Under the pieces are notes generated by a model. The model searched no databases. It saw nothing but the letters and a program-made list of their open reading frames with translations, and had not been told where the DNA came from. From Macrostomum lignano (Eukaryota): a stretch of 56,144 bases of DNA. Shown piece by piece: positions 47,110-56,144 of this stretch; position 1 is the first letter of the stretch; each line of letters begins with the position of its first letter. The stretch spans positions 183,159-239,302 of the forward strand of contig NIVC01002455.1 in assembly GCA_002269645.1 (NCBI GenBank). Direction: 5' to 3'. Position numbers and translations under genes: made by a program.

Positions 47110-47777
47110 TTAGTTTTTGTTAAAATTTTGTATTGTACTTATCAAACAATGTGTTAAAATATGTATTGTGCAGTAAAATTACACGAATATTCCCAAGCTC
47201 ATTGAGCGCATTAGATATTAATTTATGATTTTGTGTATGAAACGTGGCTGCTGTGCTGCATGCTGCAAAAGTACAGGACATTCCCGTTCCTTAATCTCAG
47301 TTACTCTTCATTTTGAGATAATATTAACTATGATAACACTGTGAATTTATCGCAGTATTTGCAGTCGCTACAGTGGCTCCTATCAGTTCTCCAACAGCTA
47401 AGAACTGAACATCTTCAGTACACAGTGGCGCTCGCTCCCACACTATTAACAAAAATTTTTTGCAACACTCGCTGCGACACATTTGCTGCGGTCATCCAGG
47501 CGCAATGCCTTCCACGACATCGGCCCACTTTCGAGACCTGAGCCTGATGCTGTCTATATGGTTCAAGTTATCGTTAAACAAATTGTCACCTATCACTTGT
47601 CGGTTCGTCCCATTGTTGTTGTTGTTGTTTTAATGGGCCCTGCTAGAAATCTCGTGCGTCAGTTGTTGTTGCCATGGAAGCACTCGTGATTGGAATGCCA
47701 GTGATGCCAGGTCATATTAGGTAAGCGAAGGCGTTATAACCCAATTTGTCAAAACTTTGATGATATAAACATTAACA

Positions 47778-47803
47778 GGAAGTGCTGCTTTTATAAATAT
47801 TCA
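47778..47803 (+). promoter_or_regulatory. TATA-containing promoter block of microprotein C
   Basis: GGAAGTGCTGCTTTTATAAATATTCA. Confidence 0.6.
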
Positions 47804-47881
47804 CTGTCGAATGCGCTCAGGTCTGCCCGTTGACTTAGAAAACTCTGGTAAACGTAACATTACGCTGAGCGCAACGAAGCC

Positions 47882-48196
47882 ATGTCAAGCAGAGAAGAAA
47901 TTGAAACAATCAGATTATGGATCAACCTGACCTACGGATCGATCATGATGATCGGATGGATCTGCATCCTGTGCGCCTACTACTGCTGCTGCAAGGAGAC
48001 CTGCCGGCCGCAGATGGGGTCCAACCTGTTCGGCCGGGGAGCTCAGGCGGTGGAGCAAGGTGGCAACGTCACTACCGGACCAGCTGAGACTGTTATCGTC
48101 ATCAGGCAGGAGGATGAGCCTCATGTGCTGCTGCAGCCGCCTCAGATGCAGCCGCAGTCTGAGCCCGCCCCGCCCGAGTACACAGAGAAGATCTGA
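47882..48196 (+). CDS. Single-pass Cys-cluster microprotein C (104 aa) with C-terminal PPEY
   Basis: WICILCAYYCCCKETCRPQMGSNLFGR core; AATAAA near 48318. Confidence 0.78.
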   Translation: MSSREEIETIRLWINLTYGSIMMIGWICILCAYYCCCKETCRPQMGSNLFGRGAQAVEQGGNVTTGPAETVIVIRQEDEPHVLLQPPQMQPQSEPAPPEYTEKI

Positions 48197-48794
48197 TGCC
48201 CGAAGTTACGAGCGTAACACAAAGATTTACATCAACCAATAGTTAGACTTATTTTTAAAAGTACATATACTTTTACACATACACGATAATTACTAATTTT
48301 GTGACTGCTCGATTATGAATAAATGTATAATTGCCTTCCGCAATAGCCATAGTCAAAGTAAATATTATTCATTGCCAATTCTCAGTGTTTTACATAAAAT
48401 TTTGGAACGCAATACAAACAGCACGTGAAGTCTTTTTCAGAAGACTTTTTAAGTAAAACATAATGGGTTGAACTGAGCTATCGTCTGAGCCGCTGGCTAA
48501 ATAAACTCGGCTTGGTATTACATCGAGGCGACATCCGCTTCGGGGCCAGAGGTATTGTACGCACACTGTACTGCAGACTTCCATTGCACGCTGCTTCGTG
48601 AGCTGCTTTGTGAGAAGTCACATGGACAGATAAGGAGCGTTCCACCTCAGTAAAGCAGGGCGGAGTGCGCTGTACGCGATAAGAGCGGGGGTTTATAATT
48701 TCTGTGCTTGAATAAATTAAGCGAGCAGAGGACCGACTGAGCTGGGCTTCAATCTCCGCACACTAGCGTATCCTGAGCCCTCAATACCGAAGCC

Positions 48795-49169
48795 ATGTCT
48801 TACAACAGCTATGCAGACACGTACGTGCTCGTGTACTGGGTTATTGTCGCCGTGGTTGTGATCGTCATCCCGCTGATTGGCGGCATCGGCATCCTGTGCG
48901 CCTACTACTGCTGCTGCCGCGAGGCCTGCCGTCCGCAGCTCGGCTCCAACCTGTTCGGCCGGAGTCCGCAGGCCGCCGCGGCCAGGGCTGTGCAGAATCC
49001 CAACCATGCTGGCCCACATGCTCAGGTGTTTGTCACGCAGCAGTACCCGCAGCAGTACCCGCAGCAGTACCCACAGCAGTACCCGCAGCAGTACCCACAG
49101 CAGTACCCGCAGCAGTACCCGCAGCAGTACCTGCAACAGCCACCGCCTCCAGAGTACTCTGAGAAGTGA
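48795..49169 (+). CDS. Single-pass Cys-cluster microprotein D (124 aa) with (QQYP)n and C-terminal PPPPEY
   Basis: IGILCAYYCCCREACRPQLGSNLFGR core; long hydrophobic N-terminal helix. Confidence 0.78.
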   Translation: MSYNSYADTYVLVYWVIVAVVVIVIPLIGGIGILCAYYCCCREACRPQLGSNLFGRSPQAAAARAVQNPNHAGPHAQVFVTQQYPQQYPQQYPQQYPQQYPQQYPQQYPQQYLQQPPPPEYSEK

Positions 49170-51247
49170 GCCAAGCACGCGGAGGAGGTGCGCCTTGTCA
49201 TCGAGAGTTTTTACAAAATTTGACTGTAGTTAATCTCGGTATAATTTGATGCCTCTATAAATAACTATTCATCATTCAATCGATTCAAAATGAACAGTAC
49301 TTATTGTAAAATTGATGTGCGCCTCGATTCTATTAATCACAGTAAGCTTTGCGGTATCGCCCTGTGAATTTTTGCTCCCAATTATCTTTGCCTTTAACTA
49401 CTTGAATTACATTAACTACTCGTATTAAGCTAACGATGATTCAGCATGGCCTTCGGTCTGACTTGATATCGTTACCTGACCAGTGCGGCCAGTATAGAAC
49501 TGACTTTAGCAAAAGTGAGAGGCGCGGAGAGGGCGAAGCCCACGAGAGGAGAGAGAGGGGGGCGGAAACGGCGCAGCAGGGTTTCTGTGCTTTCTGGGCC
49601 AAGATTTTCGAGCAGCAAAAGCCAATGTTCGCAAACTGTTTCCAAATGCTGCAATGGTCGTGGGGTGCCTTTTTGCGCAGATTGTCCGAGCCAGGCCTGC
49701 ATGATTTATGCATTCACCTCCAGCGCACTTGTGTTATGGAACTGCACACTCTGCACTGAAAGTAAAACGCGAAGCTTTTCTAGTTGATAGACCTGTCTGA
49801 AATGTTTTAGTCTTCACTTGCAGCTGGACTGCACCTGCTATTTATAAAACAAATTTGCTGTTAGCCAACTGTGTTCTGATTAGGCAAGGATGTTAGTATA
49901 TTTATTCCGAAGCAAACAGAAGACATTTGATCTCTAGCCGGTAGGGTGAATCCAAAGTACAACAAAACGTTGAAAGATTTGCAGTTTGTTTATTGGGCTG
50001 AACAGATGTTCCTCCGCGACACTCGGCCAATCCTAATTAGCGTCCTTGTGGCTAAAATTTTGACTGGTTGAAACCCCAAAATAGGAGCTATGAATTTGGT
50101 TGCAGCGGCAGCAACTGGAATGGGGGGGCGCAATGAACCCCTCGACTCCTTTGACGTCTTGACTTGTTTACTTCGAGATCTGCGATATCAATTCTTTTTA
50201 GCAATGTTTTCAATTTGCCAAATAGCATATGAAGCCAGTATGGGGGTTAGAGCTCACTCATTAGCAGCTTGGTTATTAGCAGCTCGTTAATGCTAAAATC
50301 TGCTTACTCAATAAGCAAACGAATGAGCAGTCCCTCAGGCTCAGACTCACTGATTATGCAATTGACAGGCCGCTGCACTGCCGAACAATGGGCGTATCAA
50401 ATGTCAGGCCGTGGAGGCGCAGGTGGGGAGAGGAGTCGGAGAGAAATACGAATGACAGCTCTTGTCTCCGCTAAGGTTGAAGGATGACAATCGAATGACT
50501 GACAGTTGAAGAGCTCGAGGCTGTTGAATGGTGGGGGGCATAAATTCATACCCGACACCAACAGCGGCAGCAGAACAGGTTAAATAATAAATTCTAAACA
50601 TTCTCAAGCATTGACTGACTGACTCGATCGAAGCTGGGCATTGCAACTGGCCATAAAATGACGAGTAGAAAATCTGTTTATCAGCGAATACGCGTGACCG
50701 AGGCTCACGTAGCAATAATATCAAATATTCATTTGGCACTCGAGAAGCCCCCCCCCCCGGGCCAGTGGAGTCGCGTTGCCGAAGGCAGGCGGAGGACCTC
50801 ATCTACGGGATCCCCCGCGGCGCTGGCGCCTACTCATTTCTCTCTGCCAGGCCCAACTCAAGCACCTTCTCAATGCAGTGCGCTTCACCTCCAGCCACAC
50901 AGCAACTGCGTTTGTCCCTGTGGGAAGGTGAGAAGCGGCAAAAATTAATTAACGCCGACCTGTCCCAGGTGAGACGGAGAGGCTGTTGCCTCGGGAATGA
51001 GGCAGAAATGAGGGACTCCGCGACGTGCAGTTGAGAGCATGCCCAGCCTCGCTTTGCCTCTACACCTCAGCTGCTTCTGGGAATTTCCTCTGGAGAGGGT
51101 CCGCGCGCCCGTGGTCGGTCAGTCGCTGCCGCCTCATTGACACGCCCTGCTTCATCTGCGCTCTTCACCGTCCATTGAATATTCTTTCTTTATCTGCTAT
51201 ATTGTGTCAGGCCATCTTGGAAGGGTTTTAGGGCTCTGCCAGAAAAG

Positions 51248-51837
<590 letters not shown>

Positions 51838-53214
51838 TTCTGCAGGGTGTAATTTTATACGGGGTTATCCCGCTCTCCCTCTATCTATTAACAGCTGGCC
51901 GATGTGGTCAGTTAATCGTCCAAATCTCTGAGAGCAAGCCGTGACTGCCTGCAGGAAGCCACCGCCTGGCTACACAGTGTCAGTGCCGATTGTTGACCTG
52001 TTCACCCATGTTTCACCAACTGGCAATTTCTGATCTGTAATTTATTGCATCAGTTGTTATCGCGATCTGCGATACACTGTTGCCCTATCGAGATGAATAA
52101 GAAGTGCACCTGCTGCGATAAGCTTTCAGTGCTTTGAACCGCGCATTTCACTCGTACTGGACAGAGATGCATGCCAGAAAAGGATAAACAATTAGGACAA
52201 CATGGGACTTGTTGAAAATATCCTGAAGATCAAATCTCGTATCTCGGTTGTGTAAAGCCAGCCTTGGCTAATGTGAAAATGTATTTATTGCACGGGCCGC
52301 ATAGCAACGCCCTGAGCAGCCTTCCTCAAGCCCAAGCCCTCCGGCTTGCAATTCTGCAACAGGCCGAAATTCTCCAACCGCTTGCCGGGATTTGGCCGCA
52401 GCCGGGCCATCTGGGGATTTCTGAAACTGCACTGAACCAGAATGGGGGATTCGGCTGCTTGTGCTGCCTCTGGGCCCACTTGAGCAGAATGCGCGAGCTG
52501 CCTATGGCCATTTTCAACCACTTGAGAAGGCCCGGACGACCGAGGAGAGGCGAGGAGTTCAGCTGTGGCGCGCGGAGCGATTTGTAGAAAGGGTGAGGGG
52601 ACAGTTTTCCCCAAAGAAACAATTGGACCACTTCAATTGAGCCCTGAACGAGAGAGAAAATGAAAAACTGGGAAACCGAGACAAGAGAGAGAGCAAACCA
52701 TTCTTGAGCATTCCATTCTCTGCAGTCTTCTCCACGATCAAAGTAAGTGGCGGCCCGGCTCAGCTTATAACCTCCCTGCTGCCTCCCGGGGAACTGCATC
52801 GATTGTTGCCCCAACCTCCCCCCCACTCCGAATCCCCCGGCATCAAAGCTGGGAACAGAAGCGAATTGAAATCAATCAGAGGAGGCCAGCGCACCGACCG
52901 CATTGCCCATTTCCCAACAGGGGAGGAGAGGCTTTGGGAAGAATTTCCCGCCGGGTGAGTCACTGGCATGGCGGGAGAGCTGCAATTTTGCCGTCACGAA
53001 GCCGCGAGAAAAAAATCGAAAAGCGATTCGGTCCATACTACTGACGTTACAGACATAAATTTGAACTGCAGAAAATTTGGGGAAAATGGAACATTTTCTC
53101 ACTGAGATTGATTGATTTGTTTGCCTTATATTTCGAATGTTTCTGTCCGAAAAATAGCAGAAAAATAGCAGAAAAATAGCAGTCCGTTGCGTTAAAAAAA
53201 GACAAAAAAACATG

Positions 53215-53219
53215 AAAAA
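53215..53219 (-). terminator. Pol III terminator (T5) of tRNA-Gln
   Basis: A5 on the + strand, 6 nt past the tRNA 3' end; further T7 tracts follow. Confidence 0.7.
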
Positions 53220-53225
53220 TAATTA

Positions 53226-53297
53226 AGGTCCCACCGAGACTCGAACTCGGGTCGCTGGATTCAGAGTCCAGAGTGCTAACCGCTACACCATGGGACC
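53226..53297 (-). tRNA. tRNA-Gln(CTG): tRNA-Gln, anticodon CTG, intronless
   Basis: GGTCCCATGGTGTAGCGGTTAGCACTCTGGACTCTGAATCCAGCGACCCGAGTTCGAGTCTCGGTGGGACCT: 7-bp acceptor stem, anticodon arm CTGGA-CTCTGAA-TCCAG, T-loop GTTCGAG. Confidence 0.97.
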
Positions 53298-54388
53298 GCC
53301 TGGCTGGGGGCGGCGAAGAGGCGGGCCCTTAACTCCGGTCCGCTGTTGCAACTGGGGTGGTGGGCCGGGATGTACATTTACTCCCGCAGTGTACATTGAT
53401 TGGGCCTGTCCGGAGAGCGATAAGACGCCGGCCCGAAATACCCGATCAGCCCTGGCTGATAACAACGGCGCTGAAGCTCCAATGCAACAGAAGCTCAAGT
53501 TCGGCGTGCACTTTGATTTACAGTAAATTACAGCGGCGGAATGCTTGCTAGATTGTATGCTGTAAACCAACTGTGCGAAATTGTAGCAGAAATTGTAGCC
53601 AGCAGAACAAGACAATAAAAACATTGTACGAATTCATATCTGATACAGGTAAGCGGCATGAGTCGGACAAAGGTAGAGGAAAAATTCAATTTTTTGAAAA
53701 TAAACGAATTTGGGGACAAATTACGCTAAGCTATTAGGGAAAAATCAGTTGCAAAAATAAATATTTTTCATTTACAAACCACGATGTAGAAAGTTGCATA
53801 TGCTTTCGTGCAGAATTAGAGGCATGGAGCATTTAAGCTTGGACCAATAACTATAACTGTATTGTCTGCTCAGGGCTTCATGCAGGGCCGCGCCTGAGGT
53901 AGATGATAGATGCTTTCGACCCGATTATACTACTTGTCAGAAAGTAGCATCACAGTTTGTGTTGAACTCCGCTAGCCTAATGCCTTGAATAGGCGGGTTT
54001 TACAGCTTTCAGATGCACTGTTTCACAGTGACTTGGGAATGTAATCGCACTTGGACTGTCGGAATGTACCAAGCTGCTCCACGGCAGGTGCAAAGCGAAG
54101 CGGCTAGACAATACGAGATGGGAACAATGTGGGTGAAGGACAGCACATCAACCAATAAGAGCAGACGGGATAAGCATTAAGGGAAAAAGAGTTAAAAAAT
54201 ATTAGAATTTAGGAGTTTCATCGGAAATAACTGATGCACACTCTGCTGCTCCAAGAACTGCATCGCGCAGATCCGCATGCTGTGTCAATTCAATAACCAG
54301 CCCAGTAAGCTTACAGAAATCATTGTCAGGCAACTCCAAGAATAAGAAATTCCCCTTGTCCTTGTAAACTCTGGTGGAAATCTGACAG

Positions 54389-56144
54389 TTACAACAGGCG
54401 GCAGGTGGCAGTCTGAGGCGCCTTCCGAAACTGCAAACCGTTGGCAGCTCCGGCCTGCTGTCGGTGGCCCGGATCAGCTGACTCGGGTGGCGGCGTCCCG
54501 GTCTCGTCTTTCTCGAACACCGGGTCGCTCAGCCGGTGCCGGCCTTCGCTAGGGGCGGCTCCGTTTGCCACCTTGACGGCGCCGGAGGAAGCCGCTGCGC
54601 TGGCCGAGCCTGACGCTTTGCCAGCGAAGGGGTTCGGGGTGGCCGCTTTCAGCGTGCGCTTGGCGTGGCCCAGCAGGAAGTAGGTGCTCATAAGCCCCTT
54701 GCCTTTGATGTTGATCTCGCCGCGACCTTCAAACTTGTAGCCCTTGTCGGCGCACTTCTCGGTTAAAACTCTGGAGGGAGATTTCGGAAGATTTCGGAGT
54801 TATAGTAGAAATGTATTTCTTTCACGACGCAGAATACACTCTCTACTTTCTCACTTGTAGGTGGTCGGGCTGACGTGAATTCGACTGGGCACCCCGTGGC
54901 TCTCCATGCGCGAGGCCACGTTAACGGTGTCACCGAACAAGCAGAAGCGGGGCATCTTGTCGCCAACGACTCCGGCCACTGTGGGTCCGGTGTGCATGCC
55001 CACTCGGATCTGGGGTAGAATTGGTTTGGTGAATGAAAATCGTTATTTTTCTGATAGAAGCTGATAGTATTAACCTCTCTTTTACCTGAAGCGGCAGGTT
55101 AGTGACTGGCGAAGCCACCCGACAGGAGGCCTCGATCATGTCCATGGCCTGCTCACTGACAAAGTGCGCGTGCTGGTCTGTGCGCTCCGGAACTCCGCCA
55201 ACCACCATGTACGCGTCGCCGATCGTCTCCACCTTGTAGACCTTGTTGACCTCCGTGGCCTTGTCGAACAGCGAGTACAGGTTGTTCAGCATGTCCACAA
55301 TGTTCATGGGCGTGCACTGGCTGGCGATGTCCGTGAAGGTGACAATGTCCGAGAACAGGATCGTGCAGATCTCGTATTTCTCTGCGGATGTGAGAATTGC
55401 ACCTCCCGAGGCGGCGGTCCAACAGAAAGGAGAAACACTTGGAATGTCGCGTGTTCGCTCACCGGCTGCGACCCGCTTTCCCTCCAGCAACTGCTTGGCA
55501 ACCTTTGAAGGCAGCATCTGGGACAGCAGCGTGTGCGTCTTCTTCTTCTCGTCCTCCAGCTCCGCAGTCATCTTCTTCATCTCATTCGTCATCTCATCCA
55601 TGTGCTTGCTGATCTCAATCTCTGCCAGGCGTTGCTGGTTCACCTGAGAGGGCGGGGGCGCGGCGGTCAAGGGGCAAAGGGTGGAGTCCGGATGCTGCCA
55701 CCACAGTGAAGATGATAGGCTATAGGTTCGTTCACACCGCTATCAAAACAGGCCAACTGTTGCATGATGACATGGCTTATGCAACTTTTTGTGGCTTTTT
55801 ATTTGTACATTAGTCATGACATTCGACGGCTCAATTTGATACCGGTCTGAGCGAACCTTAACTTCGGTAAACTACAGCATGAAATCCCTTGGACCCACCT
55901 GCAGCAATTCGCGGGTCACGTCGTAGAGCGGCAGGTCGGACATGAAAATATTCTTCTCCATCATTTCGCTCAGCGTCATCACGCGAGGTGAGCAGACGAA
56001 TAGAAAAAGGTTTGTGTCCTCCATGAATATCATCTGGCCTAAAGTTCAATAGTGAGCTGCGTAAGGTTCGATTCAAATGTAGCAGCTGGTAAAAACTTCA
56101 TCACCTTTGACGAGTAAAGAGCTCTGCAAAAACTCATCACTTGT
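54389..56144 (-). CDS. GUCY1B2: Soluble guanylate cyclase, beta-2-like; 3' part only (HNOBA/PAS, coiled coil, catalytic domain, CaaX); 5' end outside window
   Basis: Exons >56144-56105, 56038-55899, 55643-55463, 55381-55086, 55009-54855, 54770-54389, phases consistent. Motifs [79 protein letters not shown]; ends CRLL. Confidence 0.88.

Noticed and set aside
47668-47681. X-box-like GTTGCCATGGAAGC upstream of microprotein C
   Set aside because: The second half-site has two mismatches to RGYAAC.

Overview
Eukaryotic (invertebrate animal) genomic DNA: GC-rich spliceosomal genes, AT-rich introns and intergenic DNA, and about 12 unrelated mini/microsatellite arrays. The style resembles a free-living flatworm such as Macrostomum (inference, unverified). 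In order: a clan-2 cytochrome P450 with at least 7 single-base frameshifts; a perfect RFX X-box ahead of a broken orphan ORF; a complete 5-exon tektin-1 (- strand, 402 aa); and a divergently transcribed 18-exon gene reconstructed by hand (15233-33606, about 1767 aa). That gene encodes a secreted, extremely Asp-rich DxDxDG (thrombospondin type-3-like) repeat protein with five exact 58-aa Cys-bounded modules and a Lys/Pro/Ala block, and exons 2-16 are all symmetric phase 1. Its introns hold a foldback piggyBac derivative and a mariner interrupted by an internally deleted Ty3/Gypsy element. Downstream are a single-pass membrane protein exon, a tandem cluster of four intronless Cys-cluster/PPxY single-pass microproteins, two CORE-like SINE copies, tRNA-Gln(CTG), and the 3' part of a beta2-type soluble guanylate cyclase ending in a CaaX box. 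Best candidates for undescribed biology are the acidic repeat protein and the microprotein cluster. All calls come from reading the sequence; no database searches were run.
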